From NCBI GenBank assembly GCA_963698685.1, contig CAVORV010000013.1, forward strand, positions 195,134-259,133: 64,000 nt of DNA, in the 5' to 3' direction. A model generated the notes under the pieces. The model ran no database searches and was not told the DNA's origin. It saw only the letters and a program-made list of their open reading frames with translations. Both the position numbers and the translations under genes were made by a program. The stretch comes from an uncultured Alphaproteobacteria bacterium (lineage in GTDB: Bacteria > Pseudomonadota > Alphaproteobacteria > Rhodobacterales > Rhodobacteraceae). Positions 9,209-18,300 of the stretch are shown here, piece by piece (within the stretch, counting starts at the first letter, position 1; each line of letters starts with the position of its first letter).

Positions 9209-10287
9209 GCACCGATCCACTCGTCCGCCTCGACGGGATTTCCAAACGTTTCGGCGACGCGACGGCGCTGCACGAATTGAACCTCGACATCGCGCGGGGC
9301 GAGTTCGTGACATTTCTGGGCCCGTCGGGGTGCGGCAAATCCACCACCCTGCGCATCCTCGGCGGTTTCGAGAAGCCGAGCGGCGGCAGGGTGATCCTCG
9401 ACGGCGAGGACGTCACCGACCAGCCGCCCGAGCAACGCCACGTCAACATGGTGTTCCAGGATTACGCGCTGTTTCCGCACATGACGGTGCGCGAGAACGT
9501 CGCCTTCGGCCTTGAGCTCAAGGGGCTCAGCCGCACGGCCATCGCGGCGCGTCAGAAGGAGATCATGGCGTTTCTGGAGCTCGAGACCTATGGCGACCGC
9601 TATCCAGGCCAGCTCTCCGGCGGCCAGCGGCAACGGGTCGCGCTCGCCCGGGCGCTGGTGCTCGATCCGGCCCTGCTCCTGCTCGACGAGCCTCTGGGCG
9701 CGCTCGACGCCAAGCTGCGTGGCCAGGTTCAGCGCGAGCTCAAGACGATCCAGCGGCGCACGAACAAGACGTTCTTTTTCGTGACCCATGACCAGGACGA
9801 GGCGCTGACGATGTCCGACCGGATCGTCGTGCTCAACAAGGGCCGGATCGAACAGGACGGCACGCCGGAGGATCTCTACTTCCACCCCGCCAGCCGGTTC
9901 GTGGCCGAATTCATCGGCGAGACGAACCTTCTCTCGGGGCGGATGCGCGGCGTCGACGGACCGGACGTCGTGCTCGACTGGCACGGACGGACCCTGCGCG
10001 GACGCGCGCCCGGCGCGCCGCCGTCGCCGGGCGCGCCCGTGACCGCGTCCGTGCGGCTGGAGCAGATCCGTTTTCACGACACGCGGCCCGAGACGGGCAA
10101 CGCCGTGGAGGGCCGCATCACGGGCAAGACCTTCCTCGGCAGCCGCGTCGCGCTGGACCTCGCCGTTCCGGACGCGCCGGATGTCAGTCTGCGGGCCTAT
10201 CTCGACCCGGCCTCGGGACAGGCGCTGCGATCCGACGCGCTCTGGATCGGTTGGGACACTGAAAGCATGTCGATCCTCAGCGACTGA
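9205..10287 (+). CDS. ABC ATP-binding subunit, PotA-like
   Basis: Walker A GPSGCGKST; VFQDYALFPHM; LSGGQRQR; LLLDEP; VTHDQ; TOBE-like tail. Confidence 0.92.
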   Translation: MSTDPLVRLDGISKRFGDATALHELNLDIARGEFVTFLGPSGCGKSTTLRILGGFEKPSGGRVILDGEDVTDQPPEQRHVNMVFQDYALFPHMTVRENVAFGLELKGLSRTAIAARQKEIMAFLELETYGDRYPGQLSGGQRQRVALARALVLDPALLLLDEPLGALDAKLRGQVQRELKTIQRRTNKTFFFVTHDQDEALTMSDRIVVLNKGRIEQDGTPEDLYFHPASRFVAEFIGETNLLSGRMRGVDGPDVVLDWHGRTLRGRAPGAPPSPGAPVTASVRLEQIRFHDTRPETGNAVEGRITGKTFLGSRVALDLAVPDAPDVSLRAYLDPASGQALRSDALWIGWDTESMSILSD

Positions 10288-10931
10288 GGCCGTCATTCAC
10301 CATTCGGACCGCGTGTTCCGATCGACAGGCGGACGGTCGGAGCGTGCTGTCCCGGTCGCGTCCGGAATCCACGGACGGAGGGCTCCGGCGGAGATCCCGC
10401 AAAGCGTCATCCGGGGTACCGGCACGGCGATGTGGCTCGCCGCATGAAACTCGCCCGTAGAGCGTTTCGCGTGTGGCGCCCTCCGGCGGAATGCCACCCG
10501 CCAACCTCTTCGACCCGATGTGACACAGGTTTCCACGCAGTTAACGCGATTCCGATATCGAAATGAAATCATATGGATACCGATTTCGACACGCGTGACG
10601 CTTTTCGGCGAGATCGCCTCCCGAAAGCCCGAAAGACCCGCCGGGCCGAACGCGAGCCGTCGCGGGCAGGAGATCCGCGTCGGCCTCGGCATCGTCAAAA
10701 CGCCTGACCAGGCGATCGCCGTGCGAATCGTCCTGCGCTTGCCGCATGGACCCATGTACCGGGCGCCTTCTCGGCGTCGGGGTCGCCGCTTCATGTCGGC
10801 CCGCCGCTCTTTTCGAGATCGCGCGGTCGCGGGCCCGCGCAGGGCGGGCCTTGGCCGCATCCGGACGGCGACAATGACGCGCGCCGTCCGCGTTAACCGG
10901 GCTTTATGCATAAACCTTAGCGACTTGCGCT

Positions 10932-10960
10932 TTGACTTTTCGGCCCGTTCAGGCCTATAG
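10932..10960 (+). promoter_or_regulatory. Putative sigma70 promoter TTGACT-N17-CTATAG
   Basis: Close to the alphaproteobacterial CTTGAC...CTATAT consensus; preceded by palindrome TTTATGCATAAA (10903-10914). Confidence 0.5.
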
Positions 10961-10966
10961 AGGGTC

Positions 10967-11225
10967 CAACGATGGCTTGGGCAGAACCGCCCGCTTCTCT
11001 CCATCGCTCTCCGCAAATCGCACCAGTTCGCACCGTCAGGCGTATCGCTTGGAGGGGTCGTGCGGGTCGGCGGGTCACAGGCACAGCGGCTTCACGGGGC
11101 TGTTCGGATGTGGGGTCCGGACCGACCTTCGCCCTTGCCTCGGCCCGTCGGATCGGGGGGTCTATGCCCGCACGCGACGGATCGGGAGAGCCTCTTGAGG
11201 GGGAGGCTCTCCCGATTTCCGTTTG
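10967..11225 (+). ncRNA. Candidate structured sRNA or leader RNA (~250 nt), family unknown
   Basis: Lies between the promoter and a 14-bp hairpin; internal pairings cgatgg/ccatcg and gtcgtgcggg/cccgcac-gc-gac; no convincing ORF. Confidence 0.35.
11181..11225 (+). terminator. Putative intrinsic terminator
   Basis: Perfect 14-bp stem atcgggagagcctc / gaggctctcccgat followed by ttccgttt. Confidence 0.6.
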
Positions 11226-11308
11226 CGCTCTGGCCTTCCGCGCCCGCCCGCGTATAGCCTGCCCGCGCGGGGCCCCGAGGCTCCGGAACGGCAAACGGGG
11301 ACAGGTCT

Positions 11309-12283
11309 TTGGCCACCGGATTGATCGCGCTTCTCGACGACGTGGCGGCCATCGCCAAGGTCGCGGCCGCATCGCTCGACGACATCGCAGGCAACGCGGC
11401 CAAGGCCGGCATGAAGTCCGCCGGCGTGGTGATCGACGACGCCGCCGTCACGCCCCGCTACGTCGTGGGCTTCGCCGCCGACCGGGAAATCCCCATCGTC
11501 GCCAAGATCGCGCGCGGTTCGATCCGCAACAAGCTGCTCTACCTGCTGCCGGCGGCTCTGGCGCTCAGCGTCTTCGCCCCTTGGGCCATCACGCCGCTTC
11601 TGATGTTCGGGGGCATGTTCCTTTGCTACGAGGGGGCCGAAAAGGTGTTCGAGGCCGTCTTCCCCCATGCCGCCCACGCGCATGAGGAGGAGGTCGTTGC
11701 GGACCCGAGCGACGCCAAGGCGCTCGAGGACCGGAAGGTCGCGAGCGCCATCAAGACCGATTTCATCCTGTCCGCCGAGATCATGGCGATCGCGCTCGCG
11801 ACGATCCCCGACAGCGCGCTCTGGTCCCAGGCGGTGGTTCTTGCGCTCGTGGCCGTGTTGATCACCGCCGGCGTTTACGGAGCCGTCGCGCTGATCGTGA
11901 AGGCGGATGACGCGGGCGTGGCGCTCGCCGCGAACGGCATCGAGGGCTCGTTCGGCGGGCTCACGCGCGCGTTCGGGCGCGGGCTCGTCAAGTTCATGCC
12001 GTACTTTCTCAAGGCGCTGGCGACCATCGGCACGGCGGCGATGGTGTGGGTGGGGGGCGGGATCATCGTCCACGGGCTGGCGCAATACGGTTTCGCGGGC
12101 ATCGAGCATTTCATCCACGGCATCGCGGTCGCCGCCGGTCACGCGGTTCCACAGGCGGCAGGCGCGGTGGAATGGATCGTGACGGCGGCGGGCTCCGGCG
12201 TGGTCGGGCTCGCCGTCGGCGCCGTGACGATCCCGATCGTGGGGAAGATCGTGGCGCCGCTCTGGACGGCGCTGCGCGGCTGA
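11309..12283 (+). CDS. DUF808 / YedI-family inner membrane protein
   Basis: GLIALLDDVA; GVVIDDAAVTPRYV; TDFILSAEIM; LIVKADD; IGTAAMVWVGGGI; TTG start. Confidence 0.88.
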   Translation: MATGLIALLDDVAAIAKVAAASLDDIAGNAAKAGMKSAGVVIDDAAVTPRYVVGFAADREIPIVAKIARGSIRNKLLYLLPAALALSVFAPWAITPLLMFGGMFLCYEGAEKVFEAVFPHAAHAHEEEVVADPSDAKALEDRKVASAIKTDFILSAEIMAIALATIPDSALWSQAVVLALVAVLITAGVYGAVALIVKADDAGVALAANGIEGSFGGLTRAFGRGLVKFMPYFLKALATIGTAAMVWVGGGIIVHGLAQYGFAGIEHFIHGIAVAAGHAVPQAAGAVEWIVTAAGSGVVGLAVGAVTIPIVGKIVAPLWTALRG

Positions 12284-12380
12284 TCCTGGTCCCGGAACGA
12301 TCCGGACTTGCGCGATCAGTGAGCATGTCTACTTTTCAGCCGTCCCGCATTCACACGGGGATTTCAGGGGGAGACATCGA

Positions 12381-12863
12381 ATGAGCCTCAAAGACCATTT
12401 CACGGCCGAGGAATGGAGCCGCGTCGTCGGCGCCCCGATGCTCGCCGGCATCGCCGTCACCGCGGCGGATCCGGGCGGCCTCTGGGGCGCGCTCAAGGAG
12501 AGCACCGCCGTCGCCAGTTCGGTCGCGAGATCCGACGTCACGGAAGGCCTGGTCGCCGAAGTGACCGAAGCCTACAGGACCTCCGAAGGCCGCGACATGG
12601 CGCGGGCCGCGCTCAAGGGCGACCTGAAGGGCAAGAAGCCCGCCGAGATCGTCGACGTGGCGCTCGCGGAGCTTTCGGCGATCACCTCGCTCGTCACCTC
12701 CAAAGACGCGGCCGCAGGCGCCGCCTACAAGGCGTGGCTCCAGGACGTCGCCCGCAAGGTTGCGGAAGCCGGGACCGAAGGCGGCTTCATGGGCTTCGGC
12801 GGTGTCAAGGTCAGCGACGCCGAGAAGGCCACCCTTGATCGTCTCGCCACGTCTCTGGCCTGA
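12381..12863 (+). CDS. Conserved hypothetical helical protein
   Basis: GGGGGAG RBS, native codon bias, KVAEAGTEGGFMGFGGVKVSDAEKA motif. Confidence 0.8.
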   Translation: MSLKDHFTAEEWSRVVGAPMLAGIAVTAADPGGLWGALKESTAVASSVARSDVTEGLVAEVTEAYRTSEGRDMARAALKGDLKGKKPAEIVDVALAELSAITSLVTSKDAAAGAAYKAWLQDVARKVAEAGTEGGFMGFGGVKVSDAEKATLDRLATSLA

Positions 12864-13219
12864 ACGGGCCGCCGCCGCTCCGGCTGTGACGGAGCCGTGA
12901 ACCCGCCATGAAACGGAGATCGGCCCCCGCCATACGGCTTGGGGCCGATCTTCTTTCGGGATCGCTGGACGCGAATCGGATCGTATCGCGACAATCCGAG
13001 CGGGAATTCGCCGACGCGTGACCCGAAGCGCCGCCAAGCCTTTCCCTGCCGGCGATCGATCCTTTATCCCCTTCATCGAAATCGGGGCGAAGCCTCGTCC
13101 GGACAAGGCGCGGAGCGTGCCCGGCCGGAATCATACCCGTCAGCGCGGCTTCCTTCGGGGACCGCAGGACCGCCATCTCGGCCCAACGCGCCGGACAAAC
13201 CCGATACAGAGGAAATCCA

Positions 13220-14968
13220 ATGCCCGACGGTTACTACCTTGAAGAAGACGGCCTCGTGAAAGTCCAGTTCGAGGACATCATGAACGGAAGCAGACCGCCG
13301 TCAGGATGGGTTTACCAGAACCGTTCGAATGGCGACAATCCGGGCTTCGAGGGTGACGGCTACTATTACTGGAAAAACGAGAACAGCACCGCGCTCGACA
13401 GTCGCGCGACCCAGGGGCTGATCACCACGACCGTCTTCATCCAGGATCCCGGCACCTACACCCTGTTCCTGCGTTCGACCCGCGACAGCAACGGGCCGAG
13501 CGACGCCCGCAATGACATCTGGGTGAACATCGACGGCGATACGACCGACGTGCTTCCTCCGCGAAGCCCGCGCATGGTTGAGACCGACGGTTTCGTGAAA
13601 CTCTATGGCGCGTCCACCGGCTGGGGCTTTTCCAGAAACTTCGACGACCTGAGCACCGACAGGAATCCCGTTTCGAACGTGGTGCTGAGCGAGGGCTTTC
13701 ACACGATCACCTTCGCCGGCCGCTCGCAGGGCTACCACATCGACAGCTTCCAGCTGAGCAAGAGCGGCACGCCGAACACGAGCCTCGAAAGCTCCCGCTT
13801 CATCACGGACGACGCGCCGACGCCCCCGCCGCCGCCGCCCGTCGTTCCGCCCTCCGCCAACGAGCGGCCCGACGCGCTCAACGACACCGCCACGACCGAG
13901 GAGGGCCGGGCGGTCTCCATAAACGTCCAGGCCAATGACAGCGATCCGAACGGCGACGCGCTGACGCTCTCGATCGCCTCGGGCGCCGACAACGGCTCCG
14001 TCCGGATCGCCGACGGCCGGATCGTCTACACGCCGGACGCGGGCTTCACCGGCACCGACGATTTCTTCTACCGCGCGACCGACAGCGGCGGCCTTTCCGA
14101 CAAGGCGAGGGTGACCGTCACGGTAAGCGCGGACGACGGCGGGACGACTCCCCCGGCACCGCCGCCGCCCGTCGCTCCGCCCTCCGGCAACGAGCGGCCC
14201 GACGCGCTCAACGACACCGCCACGACCGAGGAGGGCCGGGCGGTCTCCATAAACGTCCAGGCCAATGACAGCGATCCGAACGGCGACGCGCTGACGCTCT
14301 CGATCGCCTCGGGCGCCGACAACGGCTCCGTCCGGATCGCCGACGGCCGGATCGTCTACACGCCGGACGCGGGCTTCACCGGCACCGACGATTTCTTCTA
14401 CCGCGCGACCGACAGCGGCGGCCTTTCCGACAAGGCGAGGGTGACCGTCACGGTAAGCGCGGACGACGGCGGGCCGACTCCCCCGCCCCCGCCGGCGCCG
14501 CCGGGCGACTTCACCGCGCCCTTCGACACCTCGGCGGACGCTTTCGGTTTCGGCGATGTCGATCTCTACGGCTTCGGCACGGATGGCGAGGCCGCTCCGG
14601 TCGGAGCCTCGGGCGGAAGCATCGGCGTCCGGGATACGGGCTCCGCGTCCGAGATCGACTTCCGCCCAGGCTCGGGCGGCGAGATGCTCGGCTTCGATTT
14701 CGGCGCGCCGACCGAAGGCGCGACGATCCGGCTCGGCAGCCTAGCCAACATCGGCGGCGCCAAGGAGGCCGGCCTCCTGCGGACCTTCGACGCGGACGGG
14801 GATCTGATGGAGACCTATACTCTCAAGGACGCGACCCGCTTCGAGCTCGATTTCGACGCTCCGGTCCGCTACGCCACCCTTGAGGCGAGTGACTGGGTCG
14901 ACGGCACGGATCCAGGCTTCGACCCCGACATCAGCCTCGTGGGCGTCGACGTCGACTACATTCTCTGA
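13220..14968 (+). CDS. Modular extracellular protein (582 aa): CBM-like domain, two Ig/cadherin-like (Big_9-type) repeats, C-terminal domain ending DYIL
   Basis: AGAGGA RBS; no signal peptide; Pro-rich linkers; PDALNDTATTEEG..NDSDPNGD..YTPDAGFTGTDDFFYRATD twice; paralogous to the downstream gene. Confidence 0.85.
   Translation: MPDGYYLEEDGLVKVQFEDIMNGSRPPSGWVYQNRSNGDNPGFEGDGYYYWKNENSTALDSRATQGLITTTVFIQDPGTYTLFLRSTRDSNGPSDARNDIWVNIDGDTTDVLPPRSPRMVETDGFVKLYGASTGWGFSRNFDDLSTDRNPVSNVVLSEGFHTITFAGRSQGYHIDSFQLSKSGTPNTSLESSRFITDDAPTPPPPPPVVPPSANERPDALNDTATTEEGRAVSINVQANDSDPNGDALTLSIASGADNGSVRIADGRIVYTPDAGFTGTDDFFYRATDSGGLSDKARVTVTVSADDGGTTPPAPPPPVAPPSGNERPDALNDTATTEEGRAVSINVQANDSDPNGDALTLSIASGADNGSVRIADGRIVYTPDAGFTGTDDFFYRATDSGGLSDKARVTVTVSADDGGPTPPPPPAPPGDFTAPFDTSADAFGFGDVDLYGFGTDGEAAPVGASGGSIGVRDTGSASEIDFRPGSGGEMLGFDFGAPTEGATIRLGSLANIGGAKEAGLLRTFDADGDLMETYTLKDATRFELDFDAPVRYATLEASDWVDGTDPGFDPDISLVGVDVDYIL
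13831..14490 (+). repeat. Intragenic tandem duplication, 2 x 330 bp
   Basis: 13831-14160 vs 14161-14490; core 13859-14143 reads identical to 14189-14473, differences confined to the Pro-linker ends. Confidence 0.95.
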
Positions 14969-14974
14969 CAACCG

Positions 14975-15007
14975 GACGCCGCGCCGGACGAGTTCCCGCG
15001 CGGCGTC
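14975..15007 (+). terminator. GC-rich hairpin after the 582-aa gene
   Basis: 10-bp stem gacgccgcgc / gcgcggcgtc; similar gccgcgcgg/ccgcgcggc hairpin follows the paralog at ~19446-19472. Confidence 0.45.
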
Positions 15008-15367
15008 GGCATTGATGAGGCGCGCCCGACGCCTTTGAAAACCTCCGCCGCATTCAAGGTAAGCGCGCCGCTAAGCATCGGCGAGACGATCGGCGCATCC
15101 GTACGGAATCCGACCCCCGAAGCGACTTTCCAGGCGGCGACCCGCCGACGGAATTAGCGAACCGCTTCAAGACATTGCCCCCACCGACATCGGACCTCCT
15201 TCCCAGCCATCCGCGCCTGGCGGAGGCGTAACTCCCGTGCGGAGACGAGTTCGGAAAGATCTCCAGGCGGGATCACGCTGACCCTCTGTTCGTTGTTGGG
15301 CAATCCTTTTACGATCGCTTAACGTCTGGAACACAACCCTGACGTGCAGCTCAGATAAGGAATTCCG

Positions 15368-18300
15368 ATGCCCGCAACACTCTCCGGCCAGCTTCAGACA
15401 TGGCACAAGGTCACGCTCGACTTCACTGCGAACAGGACCTTCCGGGAGGAGGCGGACACGTTCCGCGATTACAGGCTCGACGTCACGTTCACGAACGAAA
15501 GCACCGGCGAGACGATCCGCGTGTCCGGGTTTCTTCGCCGCCGACGGCGACGCGGCCGACACGCAACGCGACTCTCCGGCGACGTCTGGCGGGTGAACTT
15601 CAACCCGCCCTCCGAGGGCGAATGGACCTACGAGGCGTCGTTCCGCACCGGAAACGACATAGCCGCCAGCGTGAACCCGAACGCCGGCTCGGCGCTCGAT
15701 TTCGACGGCGCGTCCGGATCCTTCGACGTCACGCCGACCGACAAGACCGGCGACGATTTCCGCGCCAAGGGCATGCTGCTCCAGGACGAGGGCACGCATT
15801 ACCTTCAGCATCAGGGCGACGGCGACTATTTCGTGCGCGGCGGTCCCGGCGTGCCGGAGAACCTGCTCGCCACGGCGGATTTCGACGGCTGGCGCAAGGC
15901 GTTCAGCAGCGATGACGACGCGACCCCCGGCGCAGGCGATTTCGCGCGGCACGATTTCTCCAACCACCTGTCGGATTACGACGGCGACGGCCAGACCTGG
16001 GACGGCGGCAAGGGCAAGGCGATCCTCGGCGCGGTCAACTATCTCGCCGAGCAGGGCCAGAACACGATCTACGTCCTGACCAACACCATCAACGGCGACG
16101 GCAAGGATGTCGGCCCCTGGGCGGGATCGGGCATCTATTCCGGCGGCAGGCTCTCGAACGACCAGGTCTCGACCTACGACGTCTCGAAACTGGCGCAGTG
16201 GGAGATCCTCTTCGACCATATGGACGCCAAGGGCATCTACAAGAACCTGCTGCTTCAGGAGACCGAGAACGACCAGATGCTCGACGGCCGCACCGGCGTC
16301 TCGGGCACCACGCTCAGCGTCGAGCGCATGGTCTACATGCGCGAGATGGTCGCGCGCTTCGGCCACAACAACGGCATCCAGTGGAACCTCGGCGAGGAGA
16401 ACACCAACACGAACGCCCAGCGCGCGGACATGTCGGAATGGATCAAGGCCTTGGACGGCTATGATCACCTCGTCGTCGTCCACAGCTATCCGGGGCAGAT
16501 CAACCAGGTGTACGATCCGCTCTTGGGCGTCGAGGATTTCGACGGCACGTCGTTCCAGACCACGGCGAACAACATCCGCGCCAAGACCATCGAATTCCGC
16601 GACAAATCGGAAGCGGCAGGCGACCCCTGGGTCCTGGCCTGGGACGAGGATTCCAGCGGCAACGCAGTCATCGACAGCTATTCGAACAACCCCGATTCCA
16701 CCAACGAGAAGACCCTGCGCGAGGCGTTCTGGGGCTCGCTGACCGCCGGCGGGTCGGGCGGCAACTGGTACATCAAGGGCAACGGCTTCGGCGGGCATTC
16801 CTTCGACCAGAATCTCGACGATTTTAAAGGCTTCTCGTCGATGTGGACGTGGACGGCCGCCGCGACGGAGTTCTTCAACACCTACATCCCGTTCCACGAG
16901 ATGACGGATGCCGACAACCTGACGACCAACGGCGGTGACTTCGTCATGGCCGATCCGGGCCAGTACTACGTGATCTACCTGCCCTACGGGCGCGCCGACG
17001 AGGCGAAGCTGAATCTGAACGGCCATGGCGGCGAGAGCTTCGACGTCTTCTGGTACAATCCGCGCGAAGGCGGCGCGCTGATCTCCGACGGCCAGATCGA
17101 TGGCGGCGGCGTGCGTTCCATCGGCGCGCCCCCCGAGGACGGCGGCAAGGATTGGGTCGTCTTCGTCCGCAACACCGAACTGCCCGACCGCCCGGCCTCG
17201 ATCTCGCCGGACGATTTTGCGCCGGTCCGCGCCCGTGACGCCGCCCTCCGCTCCGGTCATCGTTCCGCCGGAGGCGACGGACGGGTATTACCTCGAAGAA
17301 AACGGCATCGTGAAAGTCCAGTTCGAGGACATCGCGAACGGAGCCAATCCGCCCGCCGGCTGGATCTTCCAGAACGGCTCGAACGGCGACAATCCCGGCT
17401 TCGAGGGCGACGGTTACTATTACTGGAAGGACGAGGACAGCACCGCGCTCGACAGCGGCGCCAATCAGGGCCTGATGACCGCGACCGTGTTCATCCAGGA
17501 GGCGGGGACCTATACACTTCTGCTGCGCAGCGCCCGGGACAGCAACGCGCCCGGCGACGCGCGCAACGACATCTGGGTGAAGATCGACGGCGACACCACC
17601 GACGTCCTGCCCGCAGGCAGCCCGCCGATGGTCGAGAAGAACGGGTTCGTGAAGCTCTACGGCGCCTCGACCTCCTGGGGGTTCTCGAAGAACTTTGACG
17701 ACAAGAGCACCGACCGCAATCCGGTCTCCAAGGTCGTGCTCAGCGAGGGCTTCCACACCATCACCTTCGCCGGACGCTCGCAGGGCTATCACATCGACAG
17801 CTTCCAGCTGAGCAAAAGCGGGAACCCGGACAACGGCCTCGAAAGCTCGAAATTCGTCACGGGCGACGCGCCGACGCCGCCACCTCCCCCGCCGGAGCCC
17901 GAGCCCCCGACGCCGGCCCCCGACGGCGAGGCCGCCCTCTGGCTGGTCGACGCCGGCACCGACCGGCGCGTGGCGCTTATCGAGGACGGCGCGACGCTCG
18001 ACGCGGCGCTGCTGTCCTCGGGCAGCTATTCGATCGAAGCCGTCGTCGATCCGTCGCTCGGCGTGCAGAGCGTCCGCATGACGCTCGGCGGAAAGACCCA
18101 GACCGAAAGCGTGGTTCCCTTCGCGCTGTTTGGAGACACGAACGGCGACTTCGCCGGCGCGGAGACGCCCGACGGCCCGCAGACGATCCGCGTGGAGCTC
18201 TTCTCCGGCAAATCCGGCGGCGGCGCCAAGCTTGGCGACACGTCCATCGGCTTCGAGATCGCCGACGCTCCACCCCCTCCTCCACCCCCCGTCAACCTCG

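Noticed and set aside
10297-11016. ORFs in the 10.3-11.3 kb gap (239, 146, 237 aa)
   Set aside because: No RBS, no recognisable motifs, low-complexity Arg-rich translations.
17215-17235. Programmed ribosomal frameshift producing short and long isoforms
   Set aside because: No slippery heptamer, and similar +1 indels occur throughout the window.
17226-17698. Arg-rich C-terminal tail of ORF 15368-17698 and a separate gene starting at 17100
   Set aside because: The tail is off-frame read-through; the other frame matches the upstream paralog, so this is one gene.
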